This document shows positions 51,734 through 60,684 of a stretch of 64,000 bases of DNA, piece by piece. Numbering within the stretch: the stretch's first letter is position 1; every line of letters begins with the position of its first letter. The stretch spans positions 84,465 through 148,464 of the forward strand of contig CALCZP010000004.1 of assembly GCA_937903035.1 (NCBI GenBank), written 5' to 3'. The stretch comes from an uncultured bacterium (GTDB lineage: Bacteria > Patescibacteriota > Minisyncoccia > Phycocordibacterales > UBA9973). The notes under the pieces were generated by a model, which ran no database searches, had not been told where the DNA came from, and worked only from the letters and a program-made list of their open reading frames with translations. The translations under genes and the position numbers were made by a program.

Positions 51734-54676
51734 TTATTTGAGTACATCTTTTAGCCCCCAGAACATACTGCTTCCTTTCTCAATCAGGACGTTAATGAGA
51801 TCTTCGACCTTAGCCTTAAACGAAGGATTTTTGTAGATAATTTCTAGAGCTTCTTTAATTTCTCCATCAATACTGAATAAAGGTGCACGTCGATTCGTGT
51901 TCAACTCGTCTTCATTCAACAAATACTGCTTAATGACACCTAAGGTACTTTCAGGATCAATAGTTGCGAATATTTTCAAACGTCGAGTAAGCCCATAATC
52001 CCAATCAATATCACCTTTTGATTTCTCAAGAGTTATTGCAAGATTCTTGATGATGATTTTCTCATCAATTATCTCCTTATCAGGATTCACCCAAAATCCA
52101 AAACCAGAGAAGGCTTTCGGCTCAATCGGAATACCTGTTGAAATAATCCAATTCCAAAACTCTACAAGTTTATCCTTGCTTACATTGTTTTCCTTAAACC
52201 AATCATCGCCAGCCTGACTTCGAGTGATACAACTTCGACCAATAAAGGATACGAATTCGTAATGACGAGCTTCGTTTGGTGTCTTCCAAAATAGTTCAAA
52301 GAGTGGATCAGTAATTTTGAAATCAAAATGAGCATAAGCCAGTGCCAAATGGACAGCCAGTGTCTCATCAAGACCTTTCAAATATTTCCTATCTGGATAA
52401 ATATTTGGATTTAGCTTTATCGCATACTCGTAATAGCCACGAAGTTCATCAAATAACTCCTTGTACAGAGAACTTGCCAGGTATCCTTCCCAAGTAGCAA
52501 AATACAGTTTTTCTTTTCCTGATTCTTTAGGGAATATCTTCGATAGGAGTCCTTTAACAAAAGTAATGTCACGGAAGTAGAATGACGCAAGGAACTGACC
52601 AAGGGTGAATCGAACCGCATTCGATGTTTCTGTATCAAGAACCTGCTCAAACAAAACCTTAACTTCATTTGAAAGTGTCTTGTTGCTTTCGTTGTAAGCA
52701 AATTGGACAAAAGCTCGATACGCCTGTCCTCGAACGGAATTTATCGCAACATGAGCAGGTTCATTGGACTCACGCTTATCATCTTCAACATCAGGACTGC
52801 TCTTAATGGTAAAGAGATATTTGATGATGCTGAATATTTTTGCCTGATTATCTTTGAATGTATTTGAGTCCTTGATGGTTGCAAGTATCTCAAGAAGAAC
52901 ATCCGCTATAGATTTATGGACGGTTATCCAATCAGCAAGATAAACCCGCTCTTCCATTGGCTTAAACTCTTCTTTCTCACCCGATTGTCGAATGAGATCA
53001 AAGAAATTAATAACCTGTATGAATTGCTCATCTGTGAACGATTCCTTTGCCCTCAAACTGTCTTCAACTTGTCGCAGTATTGAGTAAACATAGTTTGGAG
53101 AAATAACACCCCTGTCAAAAAACTTATTAAGGTTTGATAGATAATCAGCCTTTCGAGCTTTAAAGTCTTCCTTAATGGCATCACCTAAGCCTTCGGGACC
53201 ACGAGGACTTAAGAAATCATCATTCTTATACTTTTCCTTCAACACCGCTGGAGATGCGTCAGTTTTCAAATGATCAATGAGAGCATCAATGGTCATTTCT
53301 GATGGATTAAATGGTGTTTTGTGATTCACAATACCTCCCATTCCGCCCATGACAGTAGGATGAGGAGTAATCTGACCATCTTCTAACAACTTTCCGAAGA
53401 TGGACTCAGCCTTTGTAATTTCTTCAGGAGTTAGGTACTTTTTTATATAAGTAAGTATCTCTAAACCGTCACGTTTCCTCCATTTTTCTTTATCAGCATC
53501 GTCTAGTTTTGCTCCGTAGTATTTAATAACATTTTCAACATATTCTCGTTGCTCGGTATCCTTATCTAGAGCGTTAAACCCAGCAATCAACCCCTGGTGA
53601 TATTCAGCTCCTGTATCAATCTCAAAGTAGCGTTCACCAACATTAAACACACGGAACAAGAATTCCTTTATCTCCGACTTAAACGCATCAGGACATCGTG
53701 TAATTGCATATAACTTAAGCCTCCAAGAGGTAAGAGCGTCGGGTAATGTGGCAATATTTTCTAAATAGATGCGACGAACCTCTGCGACATCATCACACTT
53801 ACCGCCAAGAATTATCTCAATGAGAGTTTTTATTGTTGCTATGAAATTCTGAATATCTTCTCGGAAATGAGACCTCTTGTCCGTATCTAATTGTAGTGTG
53901 AATACACTCACATCGAGTAGATAGAATGGCTCTGACTTGTCAAAGACGGTTCCGTCTTTTTCTACACCAATGTCAGTAATTTTTGTAAGGATTTCAGACA
54001 ACAACTTCAAAAACTTTTCCTTATCGGGATTGTTTTGATCAAGAATAAGTTCAAATATTCCAGTCTCGCTTACATCACCGAGATAGAATAACTTATCTGT
54101 TATTGAGAAACGCTCAATGTTGGCAAACTCTTCTTTATCCCTAACCGTAAGTACTACTCTAGCGAGATCGTAGATTGCCTCATAATCCTTTTCTTGAGCA
54201 AACTTCTCAGTCATCTTCTTGTATTCATATCCGGAACGACCAAAACGAGACATGAGTTTCAACCAGTTATCTGAATACATTTTTGGAAGAATCTTCTTTA
54301 TCTGAGCAACTGGCAAAAGACCAGTGATCCAGAAGAACCTGTCGATGACCTCAGGGTTGAAGGTATCTTTTGAAATTGGTGTTGAAAGAATTATCTCAGC
54401 GACTAATTCAGGTAGTTTTTCTGCCATTCGAGTAAGATACTCAAGTTCAGAAAGACGATATCCATATTTACTAGGATCTTCCGACTTCTTTTTTAATTCA
54501 TCAAAAAGACCGTTATCAAAAAACCACTTAAGCCAAGCTTCGTTTGCCTTCGAAAATAGATAGCGCTTTGAGTCTTCATTGCTTTCGATAAAATTTTTTG
54601 CAACTTCAATAGATGCAACTGATGGGCCAGCTGTTACGAATTCGTCTATTTTTTTGTGTATTTGAAGTTGGTTCAT
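51734..54676 (-). CDS. large (about 980 aa) predicted alpha-helical protein of unknown function, translationally coupled to the CHAT protease
   Basis: ATG (MNQLQIHKK) 4 nt after the CHAT stop. The protein is Leu/Lys/Glu-rich and helical. No NTPase motifs seen. Confidence 0.55.
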   Translation of the reverse strand: MNQLQIHKKIDEFVTAGPSVASIEVAKNFIESNEDSKRYLFSKANEAWLKWFFDNGLFDELKKKSEDPSKYGYRLSELEYLTRMAEKLPELVAEIILSTPISKDTFNPEVIDRFFWITGLLPVAQIKKILPKMYSDNWLKLMSRFGRSGYEYKKMTEKFAQEKDYEAIYDLARVVLTVRDKEEFANIERFSITDKLFYLGDVSETGIFELILDQNNPDKEKFLKLLSEILTKITDIGVEKDGTVFDKSEPFYLLDVSVFTLQLDTDKRSHFREDIQNFIATIKTLIEIILGGKCDDVAEVRRIYLENIATLPDALTSWRLKLYAITRCPDAFKSEIKEFLFRVFNVGERYFEIDTGAEYHQGLIAGFNALDKDTEQREYVENVIKYYGAKLDDADKEKWRKRDGLEILTYIKKYLTPEEITKAESIFGKLLEDGQITPHPTVMGGMGGIVNHKTPFNPSEMTIDALIDHLKTDASPAVLKEKYKNDDFLSPRGPEGLGDAIKEDFKARKADYLSNLNKFFDRGVISPNYVYSILRQVEDSLRAKESFTDEQFIQVINFFDLIRQSGEKEEFKPMEERVYLADWITVHKSIADVLLEILATIKDSNTFKDNQAKIFSIIKYLFTIKSSPDVEDDKRESNEPAHVAINSVRGQAYRAFVQFAYNESNKTLSNEVKVLFEQVLDTETSNAVRFTLGQFLASFYFRDITFVKGLLSKIFPKESGKEKLYFATWEGYLASSLYKELFDELRGYYEYAIKLNPNIYPDRKYLKGLDETLAVHLALAYAHFDFKITDPLFELFWKTPNEARHYEFVSFIGRSCITRSQAGDDWFKENNVSKDKLVEFWNWIISTGIPIEPKAFSGFGFWVNPDKEIIDEKIIIKNLAITLEKSKGDIDWDYGLTRRLKIFATIDPESTLGVIKQYLLNEDELNTNRRAPLFSIDGEIKEALEIIYKNPSFKAKVEDLINVLIEKGSSMFWGLKDVLK

Positions 54677-54680
54677 AATT

Positions 54681-55718
54681 TTATACACATGAATATAGAA
54701 GTGGAATATACTCTCTCTTCTTCGGGCCTGAATAATATGATCCTAAAGATGTTTTATATACCTCCTCAATTTCTTTCCCAGTCGTAAGATTTTTATAGAA
54801 TAGTTCTGTAAATTCTTTTGCAGAAAGTTCACCAACAGGATCTCGATACGCGATTACATAACGCGAACAACCAGATTTGATTATTTTAAAAGCAAGACTC
54901 TCTTTGTTTAAAATTCCACCCCCAGAATAGCAAAGTGACAGAAAAATTAATTTTTGATTACTATCCTTTATAAGTTCAACAAAATCATCTGGGGAAAATT
55001 TTTTTGTCTCTTTATATTTTGTATGGTCGTCATCTTCCAAACAAAGATTTCCATCCTGATCACCGTGCATAACAATATGAACCAGCGAATAATCCTTCCA
55101 AGAAACACCCTTAATCGACTCAGTAGTTGTGTGTTTTAATAGTAAAATACTATCAACTCGAAAATATTGCTGATTATTTTCAATAAGAAAATGTAAAGAG
55201 TTGTATATAGATTTAATCTCATCATCCATGACTGCCTTCAAGTCAGATCCCACACCTTCATGGGCATGAGACATAAGCATTACAAGATTATTGTCTTCTT
55301 TTACTTGGGGCTCTCTAACTGGGGTAGAAACTTTTCTTACTATATATAAATTATTATCTTTGAGATTTTCCCATGGAAGCTCGAGAAATACAGAAAAATC
55401 AGATCTGATTGTTAGCTGATCATCTTCTAAATTTTCAGCAATTTTAATTTCCTTATTTACGAATTCTAAAACCTTCTGAAGGTCTGGTCCTTGTTTCGAG
55501 AAAACAGGATTAATATCTGAACTTTTACCTATACCAATTTCTGGTGTTACAACTGTTGTTACGTCTTTGTTTCTTAAATACTCACTATGAAAATCATCGA
55601 ACGATATTAATACAAACTGACCGTTAGATTTATTGGTTTTAACACTTAAATACAAACCTCCTTTTATTGATTCTTTTTCGCCATCTTTAACTTGTTTAAG
55701 TTCGCAATAGATTTCCAT
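54681..55718 (-). CDS. caspase-like (CHAT / peptidase C14 fold) protease with an N-terminal domain of unknown function
   Basis: His-Cys dyad in caspase order: SLVHIVMHGDQDG ... about 40 aa ... KLIFLSLCYSGGG. Confidence 0.6.
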   Translation of the reverse strand: MEIYCELKQVKDGEKESIKGGLYLSVKTNKSNGQFVLISFDDFHSEYLRNKDVTTVVTPEIGIGKSSDINPVFSKQGPDLQKVLEFVNKEIKIAENLEDDQLTIRSDFSVFLELPWENLKDNNLYIVRKVSTPVREPQVKEDNNLVMLMSHAHEGVGSDLKAVMDDEIKSIYNSLHFLIENNQQYFRVDSILLLKHTTTESIKGVSWKDYSLVHIVMHGDQDGNLCLEDDDHTKYKETKKFSPDDFVELIKDSNQKLIFLSLCYSGGGILNKESLAFKIIKSGCSRYVIAYRDPVGELSAKEFTELFYKNLTTGKEIEEVYKTSLGSYYSGPKKREYIPLLYSCV

Positions 55719-55739
55719 AATTTACTAATAATTCAACGC

Positions 55740-56264
55740 CTAAGAAACAGAGGGTAATCCTAGTCGGTTCAGAGTTATTGCCTCGAAGAAATAATCACAA
55801 TCCACCTCTTTAATATAAGCGAGCACATCTTTATACGCTGGTGCCTGAAACCACTCACTTAGAATATAGATATATTCAACTTTAACGCCTAGAGAATTGA
55901 GAAGTTTTTCATACTGTCGTTTTTTGAAATGACATGTCTGTAATTTTTCATCAACAGACCCTGCAACATTTTGAAATTTGATTTCAATTACATAAAAAGA
56001 ATTGGTTGCCAATACAAAAATAGCATCATCGGGAAGGAGTTTTTTGGAAAGTATTTCCTTATGATTTACACCTTTCTCCTCTAAAAATTTATATAGACGA
56101 TTTTTCCGAAGATTAAGAGCGACTTTTTCTCCTTTAAAAAGAATCGAGCCATCTTCATGCACCTCATAACCAGGCACAGTTTTAAGCACTTCAAGAAAAT
56201 CCACTTTGCCCTCAAAGTGAAGTCCTGATTTTGTATTTGCTCCTCCTACGCCACCAATTTTCAT
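55740..56264 (-). CDS. small PD-(D/E)xK nuclease: either the restriction endonuclease of the adjacent DpnII-like R-M system or the first gene of the CHAT operon
   Basis: LPDDAIFVLATNSFYVIEIKF gives a PD...ExK motif. It lies 21 bp upstream of the CHAT gene on the same strand and is divergent from the Dam-like MTase. Confidence 0.55.
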   Translation of the reverse strand: MKIGGVGGANTKSGLHFEGKVDFLEVLKTVPGYEVHEDGSILFKGEKVALNLRKNRLYKFLEEKGVNHKEILSKKLLPDDAIFVLATNSFYVIEIKFQNVAGSVDEKLQTCHFKKRQYEKLLNSLGVKVEYIYILSEWFQAPAYKDVLAYIKEVDCDYFFEAITLNRLGLPSVS

Positions 56265-56334
56265 ATAACGTGATTATCTCACAAAAACGCCCTTAAATCT
56301 AGGATATAAAGGTAAAAAATGATAAAATGAAATT

Positions 56335-57252
56335 GTGAAGACAGATAACGTAAAAAAAGCAAAACCATTTCTAAAATGGGTCGGTGGCAAGGGTCAATTA
56401 TTGACTCAATTTCAGAGTCTCTTTCCTAAAAAATACAACTCGTATTTCGAACCATTTATTGGTGGAGGTGCTGTCTTTTTTTCTATCAACCCACAAAAAG
56501 CACACATAAACGATATAAACAAAACACTAGTTCAGACCTACACGCATATTAAGAATGATGTAGAGAAATTAATAAAATCTCTTGCAAAACTTGAAAAAGA
56601 ATTCCTTGCAAAAGACACTGAGGCACGAAAAGAATTCTATTACTCGATACGAGAAAAATACAACTCTTTATCTCACGAGGATTTCAAGAAAAGTCTCTAC
56701 TTCTTATTCTTTAACAAGACTGCGTTTAATGGTGTCTACCGAGAAAATTCAAAAGGTGGATTCAATGTGCCGATGGGTAGCTATAAAAATCCTAAAATCG
56801 TAGATGAGGAAAATCTTAGAGAGGTTTCCAAAATGCTTTCAAACACCAAAATAACAAGTGGTTCATTTGTTGATGCTGTAAAGAATGCAAAGGCTGGTGA
56901 TTTTGTTTACTTCGACCCTCCATACCACCCACTTTCCGAGACATCTAGTTTTACAAGTTATAGCAAGGATTCTTTTTCTAAAGATGATCAGATAAAGCTC
57001 CGAGATTTATTTGTAGAACTCGACAAGAGAGGTGTATACGTAATGCTCAGTAACTCAAGTGCGCCTTTTATTCAAGAAATATACTCTGGATACAAACAGA
57101 TTCCTGTTTATGCTAGTCGAATGATCAACTCAAAAGCAGATAAGCGCGGAAAGATATCAGAAGTCGTAATAATTAATTACGATCCGCAATCAAATCTTCA
57201 AAGCGTTTTTGAGAAAGATTTAAGTATTTCTTCTCAGTATCAATACCTATAA
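56335..57252 (+). CDS. Dam-family (alpha-class, D12) N6-adenine DNA methyltransferase
   Basis: KPFLKWVGGKGQLL and DPPY motifs. The start is GTG at 56335. A C-terminal extension overlaps the convergent MTase gene. Confidence 0.85.
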   Translation: MKTDNVKKAKPFLKWVGGKGQLLTQFQSLFPKKYNSYFEPFIGGGAVFFSINPQKAHINDINKTLVQTYTHIKNDVEKLIKSLAKLEKEFLAKDTEARKEFYYSIREKYNSLSHEDFKKSLYFLFFNKTAFNGVYRENSKGGFNVPMGSYKNPKIVDEENLREVSKMLSNTKITSGSFVDAVKNAKAGDFVYFDPPYHPLSETSSFTSYSKDSFSKDDQIKLRDLFVELDKRGVYVMLSNSSAPFIQEIYSGYKQIPVYASRMINSKADKRGKISEVVIINYDPQSNLQSVFEKDLSISSQYQYL

Positions 57253-57994
57253 ATCTTCGTCCGTGTTTCTTCGCGGCGATTCCTGTAGTTGAGCTTCCTG
57301 TAAAAGGGTCGAGAACTATGTCTCCCTTATTTGTACTAGCGAGTACGATTCGCTCAAGAAGTGAAAGTGGTTTTTGCGTTGGATGTTTGGTGAACTTCTT
57401 CTCTTCTTTCTTTGGTGGGTTAACTGCCCAAACCGAACGCATTTGTAAGTTCGGCTTCTTTATAAAATCTTCTGGCCACTCGCCATTTTTCATTAGTTCA
57501 TAATTGAAAGTGTGTTTTGCTTTCTTATGTTTTCTAGCCCAAAGAATTGTTTCGTGACTTGCTGTAAAAAATCGACAACTTAGATTTGGAGATGCGTTCG
57601 GTTTGAACCAAGTAATATCATTCAAAACATGGAAACCAATTGACTGAATAGCATGGCCACATTGATAGATAGAATGATAGGTACCACTAACCCAAATGGT
57701 GCCATGGGGTTTTAAAACACGATAACAAGCTTCTAGCCATCTTTTATGAAAGGCATAGTCAGCATCGAAGCCTTTGCTTTTATCCCAATCACCTTTGTTA
57801 ACGCTTACCATTTTCCCTGCGTGCACAGTAAAACCTCCATTTGAGAGCATATATGGAGGATCTGCAAAAATCATATCGATTGAGTTTTCTGGGAGAGTAT
57901 TTAAAAGCTCTATTGAATCAGCCAAATAGAGCACAAAATCCTTGTGCATAAAATACGGTTTTTGTTTTATTGAAGCTAAAATCTTTTTTGCCAT
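57173..57994 (-). CDS. beta-class N6-adenine DNA methyltransferase, DpnA / M.MboIC-like
   Basis: DMIFADPPY...VSVNKGDWDK...HPTQKP...DPFTGSSTTG, collinear with DpnA-type methylases. Confidence 0.85.
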   Translation of the reverse strand: MAKKILASIKQKPYFMHKDFVLYLADSIELLNTLPENSIDMIFADPPYMLSNGGFTVHAGKMVSVNKGDWDKSKGFDADYAFHKRWLEACYRVLKPHGTIWVSGTYHSIYQCGHAIQSIGFHVLNDITWFKPNASPNLSCRFFTASHETILWARKHKKAKHTFNYELMKNGEWPEDFIKKPNLQMRSVWAVNPPKKEEKKFTKHPTQKPLSLLERIVLASTNKGDIVLDPFTGSSTTGIAAKKHGRRFIGIDTEKKYLNLSQKRFEDLIADRN

Positions 57995-58117
57995 TTATAA
58001 GTACATTTTAGCTTAAAAGACATAAAACCTGAATAAAATTTACCTAAACTTACCTACAGTTTATCTACTTCGGACGCTCTAGACTCCTAAGAGGTTCAGC
58101 GTCATCAATGTGTTTGT

Positions 58118-59443
58118 ATGAAAATACAAAATCCGCTACAAGTGACGCCTGACGAGGTTGAGGCAAAACAACCGATTAAGTACTGCTTATATGCTCGTAA
58201 ATCAACCGAACAAGAAGATAAGCAGGCATTATCAATTGAATCGCAAGTCAGAGAGATGCAGGCTCTGGCTGAGCGAGAGAAACTGAACGTGGTCGAAATT
58301 AAGCGAGAAGCACACTCCTCTAAAGAAGTCGGACAGAGGCCTGTATACAATGAACTTCTCGCTGAAATCAAACAAGGAAAGTTTAATGGGATACTAACAT
58401 GGGCACCAGACCGCTTATCGAGAAATGCCGGTGACTTGGGAGCGGTAGTAGACCTGATGGATCAGAAGCTTCTTCTAGAGATCCGCACCTATGGACAGAA
58501 ATTTACAAACAATCCAAATGAAAAGTTCCTCCTCATGATTCTCGGATCACAGGCAAAGCTTGAGAATGACAACAAGATGGTGAATGTGAAGCGAGGACTC
58601 AGAGCAAGGTGTGAGATGGGCTTATGGCCATCAGTACCTCCAACAGGATACTTGAGCAATCCTGATAGAAATAGAAAATGTGAAGTAATAACCGATCCAG
58701 CAAGAGGTCACATTATCAGGCAAATGTTCGAGAAAGTGGCATATGATGGCTGGTCAGGACGAAAGCTGTATAAATGGATGGCACATGACCTCAAATTTAA
58801 AACAAAGAATGGCAAACCATTAACATTGAGCAATATTTACATAATTCTCAAAAACACTTTCTACTACGGAGAATTTGAATACCCAAAAGCAAGTGGACAA
58901 TGGTATGTCGGAAAGCATGAACCTGTGATAACCAAAGACTTGTACCTACAGGTTCAAGATAAAATTACATCGGATTCAGTAATACATGCACAAGACAAGG
59001 AGTTTGCATTCACAAAGATGATGACATGTGGATTGTGTGGATCGGGAGTGACGGCAGACGAGAAATTTAAGAAACTCAAAGATGGTACAACGGCACGATA
59101 CGTGTACTACGGATGCACGAGATTTAGGGATAAAGATTGTCCGTGCGGATACATACGAGAAGAAGACCTGATTGAACAACTCGCAAATATACTGGATACC
59201 GTGTCACTGAACGAGATTGGGATGAAAGACAAGATCAAATCAGAGATTGAAGCACATACAGAATTTCAAGAATCAGTACTTGGAAAAGCAGTTAAAGAGA
59301 AGATAAAGATTAAGGAGGTCGATATACGAAACTTCGCCAAGCATATCTTAAGAAAGAGACCGATCTACGAAAAGAGAGAGCTATTAAGCAATCTGAGAAG
59401 CAAGTTGGTGTTAAAAGACAAACAGATAAGCATGATGAATTAG
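58118..59443 (+). CDS. large serine recombinase (resolvase catalytic domain, recombinase domain, zinc ribbon)
   Basis: Catalytic CLYARKSTEQ Ser motif, LSRN, recombinase domain, and CGLCGS...C zinc ribbon. Confidence 0.85.
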   Translation: MKIQNPLQVTPDEVEAKQPIKYCLYARKSTEQEDKQALSIESQVREMQALAEREKLNVVEIKREAHSSKEVGQRPVYNELLAEIKQGKFNGILTWAPDRLSRNAGDLGAVVDLMDQKLLLEIRTYGQKFTNNPNEKFLLMILGSQAKLENDNKMVNVKRGLRARCEMGLWPSVPPTGYLSNPDRNRKCEVITDPARGHIIRQMFEKVAYDGWSGRKLYKWMAHDLKFKTKNGKPLTLSNIYIILKNTFYYGEFEYPKASGQWYVGKHEPVITKDLYLQVQDKITSDSVIHAQDKEFAFTKMMTCGLCGSGVTADEKFKKLKDGTTARYVYYGCTRFRDKDCPCGYIREEDLIEQLANILDTVSLNEIGMKDKIKSEIEAHTEFQESVLGKAVKEKIKIKEVDIRNFAKHILRKRPIYEKRELLSNLRSKLVLKDKQISMMN

Positions 59444-59454
59444 GCAAACAAAAA

Positions 59455-59478
59455 ACCACCCGAAGGGGTGATTTTTTG
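59455..59478. terminator. short hairpin CACCC-gaag-GGGTG plus T6 after the recombinase gene
   Basis: Read directly. Weak stem. Confidence 0.4.
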
Positions 59479-59618
59479 TTCTGGATACTGCGCTCAGCAG
59501 GTATGCAATTTACGGAATAGTATCGTGTGTTTTACCTTAGTTCGAGCCCATGACTGGTGCTCAGAACTTTTATTCCTAAACGGCGATTTTAGCCGTCTAG
59601 GTAGGTCTCACATGACTG

Positions 59619-59689
59619 CTGCCGAACCTGGACTCGAACCAAGATAAACGGTACCAGAAACCGTTGTCCTACCATTAGACGATTCGGCA
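59619..59689 (-). tRNA. tRNA-Gln (anticodon CTG)
   Basis: Minus strand TGCCGAATCGTCTAATGGTAGGACAACGGTTTCTGGTACCGTTTATCTTGGTTCGAGTCCAGGTTCGGCAG folds as a cloverleaf: 7-bp acceptor with U1-A72, D-loop with GG, anticodon loop TTCTGGT, T-loop TTCGAGT, discriminator G. Confidence 0.8.
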
Positions 59690-59720
59690 ATATTGATCGT
59701 CTTGCGCCTCACTATACCTA

Positions 59721-59748
59721 AAAACCACCTTTTTTTCAAGGTGGTTTT
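59721..59748. terminator. hairpin AAAACCACC-(10 nt)-GGTGGTTTT downstream of ftsX
   Basis: 9-bp stem immediately after the ftsX stop. Confidence 0.55.
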
Positions 59749-59750
59749 AT

Positions 59751-60674
59751 CTAGACTTTGAGATATCGACGAACTGCAAGGAAGCTTGAGATCACCCCAA
59801 GGAGCATACCCGCAAAGAGTACCCCAAATCCAACAGTCAAAAAATGTGTCAGGTAATAGCTATAAATATTGATACCGAGCGCATCAGTGGCACGATGCCC
59901 TAGGAAGTAGGTTACCGGCAGGAATATGATGAGCATCACAATCCATGCAAAGAATCCATAGAGCATTCCCTCCACCAAAAACGGCGAACGAATATAAGTA
60001 CCTGACGCACCCACAAGTCGCATAATACCGATCTCCTCTCGTGCCATATAGATCGTCAGACGAATGGTCGTGTACATAATGATGATTGCAACAATAGAGA
60101 GTACCATTGTTACAAAAAATCCAACTTTCTGTGCATCATCAATGAGGCGATTGAGGCGGTCAATCACTGCTTTGTTTTGTGAGTAGTTGATACGCTCAAT
60201 GATCTGCGCATTCTCCCGAGCAATCTTACTGTCGCCCTCGAGTACCTGCGAGATTGCTTCGTACTGCGTTGAATCTTTTGCCTTGATACGAAGTGACCCA
60301 CCGAATGGATTGTCGCCCAGCTCATCGAGTGCTTGAAGTGTCAAATAGTCATCAGCATGACGCTGACGAAATGCGAGCACTTCATTGTCTGCAGAGCTAT
60401 ACTCCACGGTCGCAACCTCAGGAAGACTCTCAAGGGTAGTTTCAAGTGCAAGAATGCGCTCCTCAGATGCATCAACACTAAAGTATACTGCGATGTCGAC
60501 TTGGTTTTTGAGGCGAACAATCGATGAGTCAAGTACTGCCTGAAAAAGGAAGAGCGCAGTGAGTACTGAAAGAACAATTGTGGTGACCAAAATAGACGCA
60601 GATGATACCAATCCGTTACGACGAAAATTGATCCACCCACTCTTGACTACTCGTTTTACTCTAACCCAAAACAT
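59751..60674 (-). CDS. ftsX: cell-division ABC transporter permease FtsX
   Basis: 307 aa with 4 TM segments and a large extracytoplasmic loop, adjacent to ftsE. Confidence 0.8.
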   Translation of the reverse strand: MFWVRVKRVVKSGWINFRRNGLVSSASILVTTIVLSVLTALFLFQAVLDSSIVRLKNQVDIAVYFSVDASEERILALETTLESLPEVATVEYSSADNEVLAFRQRHADDYLTLQALDELGDNPFGGSLRIKAKDSTQYEAISQVLEGDSKIARENAQIIERINYSQNKAVIDRLNRLIDDAQKVGFFVTMVLSIVAIIIMYTTIRLTIYMAREEIGIMRLVGASGTYIRSPFLVEGMLYGFFAWIVMLIIFLPVTYFLGHRATDALGINIYSYYLTHFLTVGFGVLFAGMLLGVISSFLAVRRYLKV

Positions 60675-60684
60675 ATACTATATA

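Larger units (their letters stand above)
45561..59689. mobile_element. putative integrated mobile/defence island bounded by tRNA-Gln and an adjacent large serine recombinase, with terminase and ParB-MTase genes and nuclease/protease/methylase cargo
   Basis: All-accessory content, the recombinase next to the 3' end of the tRNA, phage packaging genes without structural genes, and lower GC by eye. The left boundary is not defined; it could extend to about 40.5 kb and include the copper-resistance genes. Confidence 0.45.

Noticed and set aside
59530-59562. T-arm-like GTTCGAGCCC segment between the recombinase and tRNA-Gln
   Set aside because: No matching acceptor, D or anticodon stems could be built. 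It is possibly a decayed att or tRNA fragment, but that is not supportable.
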